From contig NIVC01001017.1 of the NCBI GenBank assembly GCA_002269645.1, positions 1-28,446 of the forward strand: a DNA stretch of 28,446 nt, written 5' to 3'. This stretch comes from Macrostomum lignano (taxonomy: Eukaryota). The notes beneath the pieces are model-generated. The model was not told the DNA's origin. It ran no database searches and saw only the letters and a program-made list of their open reading frames with translations. Position 1 is the stretch's first letter, and each line of letters starts with the position of its first letter. A program made the position numbers and the translations under genes. Shown one piece after another: positions 1-10,446 of the stretch.

Positions 1-125
1 CCAAATCCAATGCTCCCTAATCCTACTAATCCCTAACCTCAATGCTCCCTAATCCTACTAATCCCAAATCTAATGCTAATGTTCCCCAATCCTACTAATT
101 CCTAATCTAATGCTCCTAACTAAAT
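1..125. repeat. Degenerate ~31-bp tandem repeat (CCAAATCCAATGCTCCCTAATCCTACTAATC-like), truncated by window edge
   Basis: AATGCTCCCTAATCCTACTAATCC recurs at about 9, 41 and, degenerate, 78; 3-4 units visible. Confidence 0.75.
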
Positions 126-871
126 CTGTGATTAAATTATTAATGGAAGATGAAGACTTCTCTTCTTCGCTCCTTCGAATCTCAATCCTTCTCAATTCTA
201 GACCAATACTATGCTGCGCCTACCCATGACCTATAGAATCGCATAGTGCATCAGATAATTTCGCACAAAGAGAAAAACAAACACAGGGACAGGCGAGTCG
301 TTAAGACTAAACCCTCCCCAAGCCAAGAAAGGGCACAGGCAAAGATGCTGCGTGGAAACAGGAGCTGGCGAAAATAAAACTGAAACCCTCCGGGTGTGAG
401 GCGAGCAAAGGAGACAAAATTGGGAGTTGTTGAAAGAGTGCGCGTGCATGCAAGTCACGCACAATGATTCGCTCCAAAGGAAGGAAACAAGATGCACTCA
501 GCCTCCCGCGCCATCCTAAAAACAAGACACACACAAAGGGCATTCAAACAAGCAATGCAGAGCCCGACAACAAGAAATCAATAGAGGCAGCTTTTAACCT
601 AGTAATCAAGTAAACGTGGGGCTTGAATAACATTTTGACTTACAGGAGCAGCTTAATAATGCTAGTGAAACTGTGTATAGGCCTTAAGCTTATGTCATCT
701 TATTTGTTATACGAACGTATACTTTAACTAATTCTCAAAGAGCGAAATCAGCTAGAAAAATTCTCAAACTAGAAATGATAGTATTACTAGGGCTTGAGTT
801 AGAAACTTGAATTCTATAAGCAGAGTGTTTACAAGAAAAAGAGAAAGGTGAAAGAAATACTAAATAGTACT

Positions 872-1150
872 GGGAGGTGCAATGGGAGATGAAGGGGAGT
901 CAAACGGGAGATGAAGGGGAGTCAAACGGGAGATGAAGGGAGTCAAACGGGAGATGAAGGAAGTCAAACGGGAGATAAAGGGGAATGCAATGGGAGATGA
1001 AGGGAGTGCAATGGGAGATGAAGGGAGTGCAATGGGAGATGAAGGGAGTGCAATGAGAGATGAAAGGGAGTGCAATGGGAGATGAAGGAGTGCAATGAGA
1101 GATGAAGGGGAGTGCAATGAGAGATGAAGGCGAGTCAAACGCATGGGAGG
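872..1150. repeat. Purine-rich 21-22-bp minisatellite (GGGAGATGAAGGGAGTGCAAT / GGGAGATGAAGGGGAGTCAAAC)
   Basis: About 13 tandem units in two variant blocks; explains the spurious ORF 860..1162. Confidence 0.95.
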
Positions 1151-1574
1151 TGATGTCAACACGAACCTAAGGGCGATAATTCAAATCAGCCATTTCAGTT
1201 CCAATGCATGTGGACGACAATACATATTACAACTAGTAGCTGGCAAATTAAAGTTTATTCAGGACTATTCGTACTTGGACTTCAGCTACTAGCGGCAATA
1301 CCAAACGACAGAGAATTTATCCTCAAATTGAGAAGTTACGCTCGTTAGGATCTATTTGAGAAGAGGTGGCCGGGAATCAATCGTAGTATATTTTCAAACT
1401 ATGGTAGGTACCTACCGAAAGCCACCAATACAAGTACTCGTACACGCAGTTCGCAGAGGGGCCCTCGTGGGCCAACGGCTGTCAACAGGCCAATTTTCGT
1501 GCACGAGCCACAAATTAATGTGGCCGGGCAAGGAATCAAACTCACAAGGATTTTGGCGGAAGATTCACTAGTCC

Positions 1575-2521
1575 CCTACCGCTGAGCTACTCTGACCCCC
1601 CCCCCCCTACCGCTGAGCTACTCTGCCTTCTAGCGCTGAGCTACTCTGCCCTTCTCTAGCGCTGAGCTACTCTGCCCTCTAGCGCTGAGCTACTCTGCCT
1701 TCTAGCGCTGAGCTACTCTGCTTCTAGCGCTGAGCTACTCTGCCCTCTAGCGCTGAGCTACTCTGCCCTCTAGCACTGAGCTACTCTGCCTTCTAGCGCT
1801 GAGCTACTCTGCCTTCTAGTGCTGAGCTACTCTGCCCTCTAGCGCTGAGCTACTCTGCCCTCTAGCGCTGAGCTACTCTGCCCTCCTCTAGCGCTGAGCT
1901 ACTCTGCCCTCCTCTAGCGCTGAGCTACTCTGCCTTCTAGCGCTGAGCTACTCTGCCTTCTAGCGCTGAGCTACTCTGCCTTCTAGCGCTGAGCTACTCT
2001 GCATTCTAGCGCTGAGCTACTCTGCATTCTAGCGCTGAGCTACTCTGCCTTCTAGCGCTGAGCTACTCTGCCTTCTAGCGCTGAGCTACTCTGCCTTCTA
2101 GCGCTGAGCTACTCTGCCTTCTAGCGCTGAGCTACTCTGCCTTCTAGCGCTGAGCTACTCTGCCTTCTAGCGCTGAGCTACTCTGCATTCTAGCGCTGAG
2201 CTACTCTGCCTTCTAGCGCTGAGCTACTCTGCCTTCTAGTGCTGAGCTACTCTGTCTTCTAGCGCTGAGCTACTCTGCCCCCTCCCCCTCCCTACCGCTG
2301 AGCTACTCTGACCCCCCCCTACCGCTGAGCTACTCTGCCCCCCCTCCTACCGCTGAGCTACTCTGCCCCCTCCTACCGCTGAGCTACTCTTCCCCCCTCT
2401 ACCGCTGAGCTATTCTTCCCTCCTATCGCTGAGCTACTCTGCCCTGTACTGCTGAGCTGCTTTGCCCCCTACTGCTGGGCTACTCTGTCCCATACCAGTG
2501 AGCTACTCTGCCCCTGAGCTA
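1575..2521. repeat. ~23-bp minisatellite, core GCTGAGCTACTCTGCC with TTCTAGC or C-rich linkers, about 40 units, in OSBP intron 2
   Basis: Direct reading of units; homogeneous centre, C-tract variants at both ends. Confidence 0.97.
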
Positions 2522-2570
2522 CTTTACGATAACTCAACAGCTGACAAGTACATTCTCCTCGCCAACGTAC

Positions 2571-2776
2571 CAGCATCGCGAATGGCTGGCGCTTTCGACT
2601 TGGCCAATTCAAGCGCAGTCACCCAGCGCTGCCTGTCAACTTCGGACGGCGCCTTCAAATGGAACACTTGGGTGCCGCTGTTCTTGATGATGAATGTGCA
2701 CGAATCGTATGGAAGAATCTGGGCGCTGGCTAAGTTGATGGTGCCGCGACAAGTGTGCGACATCTCGGCGTGATTT
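2571..2776 (-). CDS. OSBP: Oxysterol-binding protein, coding exon 2 (C-terminal half of PH domain)
   Basis: Translation NHAEMSHTCRGTINLASAQILPYDSCTFIIKNSGTQVFHLKAPSEVDRQRWVTALELAKSKA closely resembles the OSBP1 PH domain as I recall it; acceptor atacag at 2777, donor GTACGT at 2570; splices in frame (CG|A = Arg) to the exon at 5389-5516. Remaining exons lie outside the window. Confidence 0.95.
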
Positions 2777-3739
2777 CTGTATGAAGGTGACGATGAAAAT
2801 TAAAGTAATATTAGAGATATGAGGTAATATATAGCAATTGAATAAAGTTGAACAGATTAAGTTGCGAAAGCAGAGGTAATTTACTTTAACTTTACATTGC
2901 TTGAGAATGATGTGAGTTGATTGAAATGCATTGCAATTAATTAATCAAACCTCATTTTGATGATTTATTTTCTTTTTAATAGTCTCCTATGCTGGTCAAT
3001 TGCTTGTAGAATTTGGCCAGCATTTGTGCCCATGTAGAACAGCACTTGTCTTTGCTAGGCCAAGTCCCTGACACCCAAGGCATTAATAAAGCATAGGAAC
3101 CATGAAGACCAATCCTCCCACCATGATGCAAGCATGTGTGATTCTCTGTTAACATTGAATGGCTTAGGTAGAGGCAGTTATAGTTTAATAGCCATTGCTT
3201 CACTTGCAATGTTAATGTAGTTACTGGTATAAAGCCAAGATAATTTACTAAGACTTTGGCCCCAAGTTGGGCATATATTTAATAGCAAACCTAAGGGCTC
3301 AATACAAAAGAAATATATATCGCATTATACATATACCAACTTTGCACATATATCAGCTCAATGTGCAATTGGAACAAAATAGCCTGCACAGAGAAATGAG
3401 GGTGGCTGGGTACAAAAATAACAAACATTACAAATTTAAACTACATAACTTTTATAATTTTACTTTATATTTTTTATTTTGAAAACATTTTAGATGGCTA
3501 TCATATTATCTTTTGAAATTATTTACAAAAATAAGGCTTATAATTTGGTACATTTCTGTAAAAATTCTAGGCTTCACTTAACAATTAGATAAATTTGGCA
3601 ATTAAGACCATTTTCCGTTTCTTTGGAACAATTTAACATAAAGCCTTGGGGCTATTTTTTATATGCATAAATTAGCATAAAATGAAGAATTCATGCCAAA
3701 TTCTTTCTAGCATATGGCCAATATAATCTAGACTATAGG

Positions 3740-3865
3740 CCATACTCCCAAAGATAATGTTTTGTAGGGAAAATTCTTGTATGTAACAAGGTTGTAGGTA
3801 GTCTAGCACTGCATATACAATGTGTATGAAAGAGTTGACAAAGTTTTTTGGTATGCTTTGTGTAA
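3740..3865. repeat. Dispersed repeat, diverged copy of 7032-7160
   Basis: CCATACTCCCAAAGATAATGTTTTGTAGGGAAAATTCTTGTATGTAACAAGG vs CCTTACTCCCAAAGATGCTGTTTTTAGGGGAAATTCTTGTATGCAACAAGG, and AAGAGTTG(A/G)CAAAGTTTTTTGGT further on. Confidence 0.8.
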
Positions 3866-5388
3866 CAATGTTGTTTTGTTAGTATGCCACCATTGTCAAA
3901 GCAATGTAAAATGCTAAAAAGGGTCTTTTATTCTGCAATACCCCTTGGTCCATTGGTGTATAGGCCTACTTGGTAGATTAAATCCAAAGTCCAAATGTCC
4001 CATATGCAGTGTATAAGGCAAAATTCATATGCATTATGCATACTTAGGATAGTAGCAAGTCAATTTGTGGTAAGTTGATTTACCAAAAGTCAATTCACCA
4101 AAAGCAGGTTGTTTTGCCAAATAAATAAACAGCAAACATAAATGTTTCCAATGTAATCAATGAAAAAACAAAAAAATCAAAGTCCCAACTTAACTAGGTT
4201 TATTTTTTTGCAATGAGTATGCATATCTAGCCTAAATTTTAAAATCACACCTTGAAATTGAAAAGTGGGTGTGGTTTAAGTACAGCCTCATAACCTATTC
4301 CACTAAAGCCTTATTTGCACTGCCTTGAAATAAGAAAAAATAGAAATTATGCTTTAAGCCTTAAAATTTCACCCTGAAAATGAGCATAGGATGCAATTTT
4401 GCACCTTGTTTCTGGCGAAAAAGAAAACCCTGCAACCTTATACACTTTTAAGTCTGAAGATTGCTGTTTAAGCTGAGAAAAATATATATACAGGCCTAAA
4501 CTGGCCCAGTTAGAGATGATGTATTTGAGGTTCTTAAGTAAGCAATACAATGTACATGAATCATGTTAACCAAAATGTACATTTATATTAGAATGTAACT
4601 CACTCACTTAGAACAATGAGTGATATATTACATCAGTTTTTGAATTGGTGAATATCAAATTCCCAATCAGTTCATTTGATCATTTCAATGGGCAACATAT
4701 GTTTAGATGATTGTAAACTGAAGGTGAAATATAAGGTGCTACAACAATCTTATTATCTTTTGAAATAAACAAAGTCAGTTTGCTAACATTTGATTTCGTT
4801 TCATTGGAAACTATAAATTTTATGTCTTACAATTGTTTTTTTGATGATTGTCATTGTTTAAGGTGATTGTCACTGTTTGGGGTGATCTTAAACTAAAGGA
4901 ATGCCCTATGATCTTTATATAATATAATTAAATAAATAGCAAAATTATTTTTATAGTTATTAGATATAGGAAGCAATATGGCTATTTTTATGGTCATATA
5001 AAAGAAAATTCGTTTAAATTAGAATTTAATAGTCAACAATTACCTAAAGTAAACTAGCTTGCCAACAGCATAAGCAATAACAAGAACTATTGGTAAAAGT
5101 TAACATTTAAATTTTTATCAAAATATTTATAAATAATTTATTTCTTTATTTTTTTAATTAAACCAACTTAGCTTATACTATAGTTCATTACTTCATTTAG
5201 ATCTATATAGTAGAACTGTTTTAAGTGTTCACTATAAAAATAACCATCTCGCTATTTACATGGTCACCAAGCATAGAACTGCCTAGGCCTAGCCTATTAT
5301 TAAGCCTTAGCCAAGTAGCCAACCATTGTAATGTAAGCAAAATTTTTTAATTTTAGAGTAAATAAATTAAATCATGCTAAAAACCTAC

Positions 5389-5516
5389 CGATAGTACGAT
5401 AGAAGTCCATTTTGAAGGACAAACCAACGTTTTTGATAGCCTCTAAGATAGTTTGTCCACTTATATAGCCATCCTTTGTACTGAGTTGATTGATCACGAT
5501 TTCCAGGCTCATTCAT
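5389..5516 (-). CDS. OSBP: Oxysterol-binding protein, first coding exon (N-terminal half of PH domain); not in the ORF track
   Basis: [43 protein letters not shown]; KWTNY..GYQ.RWFVL..GLLSYY is the OSBP PH signature; donor GTAGGT at 5388; possible acceptor tatag just upstream at 5525, so a 5' exon may exist. Confidence 0.93.
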
Positions 5517-5524
5517 TGCTATGC

Positions 5525-6202
5525 CTATAGAATTCATTTATTCAAAAAGTCCCAAACTAGAACTTAAGTAATAAAAAATATTGTAGTTTGAATTTGAATT
5601 CAGTCACACAGCCTTAGCCTTTAGGCTTATACCGTTTGCTAATACTGAATTGAAAATGAAAATTTGGAGCAAAGAATGTATTGTAAGCCCTGCTCTGGTA
5701 GTAAAGGAGTCAAAAAACACAATAATGCAAGTGGAACATTTCACATTGAATAAGTGCAACAAAATCTTCAAAAGTATTACTATCTTAGCGAGTAAGTGTT
5801 ATAAAGAAACGTAATGCCGATCACAATCACGTTACTAGCCAACGACCTGCATGTCATGATGTCACTGTTCAAAGAAATGACTGTTCAAAAAAGAGACTGT
5901 GCTCTCTGATGTTAAAAGTTTACGTAAAGTAAAAAACCACTTTAAATTAATTACAGAAATTCTATTGAAAAAAAACTGAAAACATTTTTAAAATGTAATA
6001 ATATATTGATTTTGTTTTTTTCTTATAGGGAATATTTTTAAACCTTGATGACATCAACCGGTGAACAAAAAATTCTTCAGACAGAAAGAAGCAATTACTA
6101 TTTTGTCCGCACGCTGAGGATAGGCCGCACAGTTTTCCAATCGAGCGGTATTTTTTTCACTGTATATTACTCGCTGTTGACTAGGTTAATTTAGGACTAG
6201 CA
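5525..6202. promoter_or_regulatory. Probable bidirectional promoter / 5' UTR region between divergent OSBP and ARF
   Basis: Start codons at 5516 (minus) and 6203 (plus) under 700 bp apart; about 16 CpG in 5790-6260 versus about 7 in 2800-5380 (manual count). No TSS data. Confidence 0.65.
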
Positions 6203-6269
6203 ATGGGTCTTACGTTGGGCTCCTTGTTTAACCGTCTTTTTGGAAAGAAGCACATGCGAATTTTAATGG
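6203..6269 (+). CDS. ARF4: Class II ADP-ribosylation factor (ARF4/5-like), exon 1; not in the ORF track
   Basis: MGLTLGSLFNRLFGKKHMRILM + G|gtaagt; myristoylation Gly2; phase-1 junction matches the acceptor at 15695 (G|TC = Val). Confidence 0.95.
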
Positions 6270-6457
6270 GTAAGTTGTATTGTGATTGATTGTAGGCCTA
6301 TGTACTGAAGAAAATGCCTAATTAGAGACATCGGTAAGAAGTTCTGTTTTTAATTTTTAATAATTGAATTTTCTAATTGAAACAGTTGTTGCCAAAAGGC
6401 AAAATGATCTATTTATTACTAGGCCTAATACTAAAATTGATTATTGTCCTTACTCCC

Positions 6458-7031
6458 CAGGATGGAATTCTTGCTTGGGGGTAGGAAAAATACGTGCGCA
6501 CGTTTTTGGAACAGTGCGCAAGCGCACACGCTAGCTATAAAAATAAGTCATGCAGATCATGGCCCATGCACTAAAAAATGAAATATAGTTTTTAAATTCT
6601 ATGCCAACATGAATTAAAAAGTTTTACTTTAAGTTTAGAGTAGCTTGTACACTATATTTTTTTAAAGAAAATATTCTTTAGTAGTTATAAGAGTTTCACT
6701 AAACTTTAAAGTTACTGTTTTTTCCTAAGAAAATACTTTGTTTTACTTTTGTTTTGAAATTTTCCAGCGTAAAAACAACCTTCCAGGCTATGAAAAGTAG
6801 AACTTAAGTGCACATACACCACCTGGCACATAACCATGTTAAATGTGTGTAAAAGTCAAATCCTGTCTATGATTCTACAGCAAACAGCTTCTTGTGCAAG
6901 TGCATATGATAGAACGCGTACACATCTCCTTTAAAAGCATACAAGTAGGCTCCTTTTCAGTGTGCAAGTGCGCACGAATTTGACAAGCGTACACAAATGC
7001 GTATCAACTTTTGTGTAAAAATTCCATCCTG
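6458..7031. mobile_element. 574-bp MITE, 12-bp perfect TIR CAGGATGGAATT, 10-bp TSD CCTTACTCCC
   Basis: TIRs 6458-6469 and 7020-7031; direct repeat 6448-6457 and 7032-7041; no ORF; paralogous empty site at 3740. Confidence 0.88.
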
Positions 7032-7265
7032 CCTTACTCCCAAAGATGCTGTTTTTAGGGGAAATTCTTGTATGCAACAAGGTCCCAGGGAGCCTAGTAG
7101 GCCTATTACATGCATACTTGCATCTAAGAGTTGGCAAAGTTTTTTTGGTGTGCTTAATGCAGCAGCATTATATATACAGAATACTTATAGGCACGGTGGC
7201 TGTGTCTATAATATTTGAGCTTATAGGCATGGCTATAATCATCAATATAAAATGTGTGTTCTGTA

Positions 7266-8191
7266 ACGTATTGGTTTCCCGATAAACATTCAAACAGACA
7301 TTCAGAAATCGTTCAGTAAATGATTAACAAAATTGTCTATTTATTACGCAAGATACTGTGTATTTATAGAAACTTTTATGCATGTCTCTTCTTTAAAAAG
7401 ACACCTTAGACACACACAAAGACGCTTTACAAGCTGAGATATTCCCTAGCAACTGTTGTTACGACATTTCCCAATGTACCAAATATTGTATGTAGTAGTT
7501 TTTTGAGAAGCCGCTACATTGTCCCACTTTGGTCTTTCTGTATGAAATTTGCATAGCAAAAAGTAAGCCCGTGTTCTTGAATTTCGTGTGCCCGCGTTGC
7601 TCCATGTTGGCGCGTAAAAAATTATGTCAGGGGTGGGGGATTCCCTGTTCTACTGTTAATAATAGAACAGTAATATTATTATATAGTAATAAAAGGAATA
7701 CAGTAATACGATCGTAATAATCTTATTATCATTATTAATAGTAATAATTTCAATAATAGTATTAATAATATTGTAATAATAATACATTCAGTATTTTTAG
7801 AAAATGTCGTGACAACATTTGCTAAGGAATATCTCAGCTTGTGAAGCGTCTTTGTGTATGTCTGAGGTGTCTTTTTAAAGCAGAGACATGCGTAAAACAG
7901 CTGTGCAAATTTCATGCAGAAAGACCAAAGTGGGACGATGTAGCGGCTTCTCAAAAAACTACTACATACAATATTCGGTACATTGGGAAACGTCGTAACA
8001 ACAGTTGCTAGGGAATATCTCAGCTTGTAAAGCATCTTTGTGTGTGTCTAAGGTGTCTTTTTAAAGAAGAGACATGCATAAAAGTTTCTATAAATACACA
8101 GTATCTTGCGTAATAAATAGACAATTTTGTTAATCATTTACTGAATGATTTCTGAATGTCTGTCTGAATGTCTGTCGGGAAACCAATATAT
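7266..8191. mobile_element. Foldback / MULE-like non-autonomous element, ~290-bp inverted arms, 9-bp TSD TGTTCTGTA
   Basis: 7266-7557 is the reverse complement of 7900-8191 with 12 substitutions and no indels; TSD at 7257-7265 and 8192-8200; diverged internal ~186-bp-period subrepeat (7800-7895 vs 7985-8082); AAT-rich centre 7655-7790. Confidence 0.93.
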
Positions 8192-8220
8192 TGTTCTGTA
8201 GGACCTTCTCTCAAGCAAGT

Positions 8221-8280
8221 GGTGGCTTAGTGGATATGTTGATTCCTTATGATTGCGTGTACCTAGGTTCAAATCCCAAG
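8221..8280 (+). mobile_element. tRNA-derived SINE-like head (Pol III A and B boxes)
   Basis: A box TGGCTTAGTGG 8223-8233 and B box GGTTCAAATCC 8266-8276 at tRNA-like spacing; no convincing cloverleaf. Confidence 0.5.
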
Positions 8281-8435
8281 TGGTTGGAGTTTTTTAGACC
8301 TTAATTTGATTTTTTAACAAACAAAAAATTTTCCATCTTGAACTTTTCATGTTTTTTAATTAAAAAAAGTAAATTAAATTATTTTTTAATAAGAATAAAT
8401 ATTATTGAAAATGACACTGAAAATTTTATTTTTCT

Positions 8436-8530
8436 ATTGTGTCTCTAAGTGTGAACCTATTCAATATTAACAACATGGCCACCCATTGTGTCTCTAAGTG
8501 TAAACCCATTCAATATTAACATTATGGCTG
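8436..8530. repeat. 49-bp tandem duplication
   Basis: ATTGTGTCTCTAAGTGT(G/A)AACC(T/C)ATTCAATATTAACA at 8436 and 8485. Confidence 0.9.
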
Positions 8531-8577
8531 CTGTGCAAGTTTAATTGACACGGCAGCCATGTCTCTAATAGTGACTA

Positions 8578-8658
8578 GGTCCATACTTATAGACATGGCA
8601 GCCATGCTTATAATGCGGAAACTTATAGACATGGCGGCCGTGTCTATAAGTATGGACC
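8578..8658. repeat. Hairpin-forming inverted repeat, 22-bp stem with one CpG mismatch
   Basis: GGTCCATACTTATAGACATGGC (8578-8599) vs GCCGTGTCTATAAGTATGGACC (8637-8658). Confidence 0.9.
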
Positions 8659-9137
8659 AGTATAAGTATGTGACAATGTAATTATCACAATGTAATTTTC
8701 CACTATAAATAGTATCACTAAAAAAGCATAAAAATCAACCAAATTATCTGCTAATAAGGGTTTATTATGCAATTTAGAAAAGGTCATTCATTATCACAAT
8801 GTAAAAAGGTCATTTATTGTTGCAACATTGGCATATTTTTAAAAATGGGCATGCAGTACATTTTTTGGAATGCATTTATAATTATTCAATTTTTGTTCAA
8901 TTGTGCATCTAGCATGATCTGGACTATGGCATGTTCATTGCATCATGTGGATTCTTTTAGTTCATTTTCTAAAAATACAACAATACATCCAATACATTGT
9001 TCTGCAAGACTAACATTCTAGAACAATGAGTAAACTTTCAAATACCATTGACTTCATTAGTGCATACACAAAAAACAGTTCTAAGATCTAACTTTTTGCC
9101 TTGCATTTATGGAACTCCATCATGGACTTTTTTAATA

Positions 9138-10446
9138 CATCGTGTGTCAGAAAAGTTCTGGGACTGTGCTTATAAAAAATTTATTAATAAAAATCACTCA
9201 GAACCAAAGCTGGCCCCTTCAAAGTAATCCCCACTGAGACGAACGCACTTGTCCATCCGTCTCTGCCAGGCATCCATGCAGCTCTGAAAGGCTTCTTCAA
9301 AAATGCTCCGCAGTTGCGTCGTCGTGGCCCTTCTGATGGCATCTACATCAGGAAATCGAGTACCTTTGAGGACTCCTTGAGCTTGGGAAATAGGAAAAAA
9401 TCACATGGAGCCAGATCTGGTGAGTATAGAGGCTGGTCCAACACTGTGACATTCCTATCCGCCAGATACTCCCTGACATTAAGAGCATTGTGAGATGGCG
9501 CATTGTCCTGATGGAGGAACCATGACTTGGCCTCCCACAAATCATGTCTCTTGTCTTGCACTGAGCAAAGCAGCCGCTGCAGATCTCCTTGTACATATGC
9601 TGATTGATGGTGTGACCTTTGGGCAGGAACTCATGTGCACAATGCCTTTGACATCAAAGAATGCGATGAGCATAAGCTTGACCTTCGACCTTGATTGTCG
9701 CGCCTTCACTGGTCTTGGTGATCCTGGTCGCTGCCATTCACCACTCTGCCGCTTGGTCTCCGGGCCGTACTCAAAAATCCACAACTCATCACCAGTAATC
9801 ACTCTGTGCCATAAGCTTGGATCAGCTTCAATGTGTTCAAGGATGTCCTGGCACACCTGCAGTTGTCGTTCCTTCTGGTCCTCGCTCAGCAACTTTGGAA
9901 CCATTTTGGCACAAATCTTGTGCATCCCCAGATCCTCAGTCAGAATCTTATGAACATTGTCATGATTCAAGCTCAACTTGTCTGCAATCAAGCGAACAGT
10001 CAGCCAATGGTCGCTACGAAGCAACATCGCCACTTGCTCCACATTTTCTTCCGTCCTGCTCATTGAAAGTCTTCCACTCCTGGCGTTGTCCTTGACCTCC
10101 TCCCGCCCCTCTTTGAATCGCTTGTGCCACTCAAAAACGCGGGAGCGAGACATGGCTTCAGCCCCATACACTTGCTGCAGCAGTTCAAGCGCTTCCGAGG
10201 CTGATTTCCCCAATCAAACAAGGAACTTCAGATTGATTCGTTGCTCGGTACTCATGGCACGACGGTTGTTAGAGAACTTGCCAAACGTTAATCCTAGCAC
10301 AAGTTCCTAGGAAAATGTTGATTAGCTGATATTGCAGGACAAAGCACCTGTTATATGCTGCTAAAGCCTACCACAAACTGCTAATTCATAGTGCACCCAG
10401 AAGCCAAGCTGTAGGCTCAGTCCTGGAACTTTTCTGACACACCTCA
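9138..10446 (-). mobile_element. Full-length mariner (Tc1/mariner, DD34D), 1309 bp, TA TSD
   Basis: TIRs ..GTGTGTCAGAAAAGTTC(TG/CA)GGACTG at both ends, TA at 9136-9137 and 10447-10448; transposase motifs; canonical ~1.3 kb length. Confidence 0.96.
9198..10255 (-). pseudogene. Mariner transposase, inactivated (irritans-subfamily-like by recalled motifs)
   Basis: MSTEQRINLKFLV*LGKS..., AKMVPKLLS, ITGDE, HQDNAPSH, YSPDLAPCDF (34 residues between D2 and D3), GDYFEG; TGA at 10214-10216; single-base frameshifts near 9634, 9581 and 9373. Confidence 0.93.

Noticed and set aside
1-125. Telomeric repeat
   Set aside because: CCCTAA occurs only as part of a ~31-bp unit; no tandem hexamers.
231-543. Possible OSBP exon 3
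   Set aside because: No frame resembles the post-PH region of OSBP; next exon is probably outside the window.
860-1162. 100-aa Pro/Ser-rich ORF
   Set aside because: Lies wholly in the 21-bp minisatellite.
1575-2521. CRISPR-like array (constant core with variable linkers)
   Set aside because: Linkers are 4-15 nt and nearly identical, not unique spacers; eukaryotic intron; no cas genes. Same for the 31-bp array.
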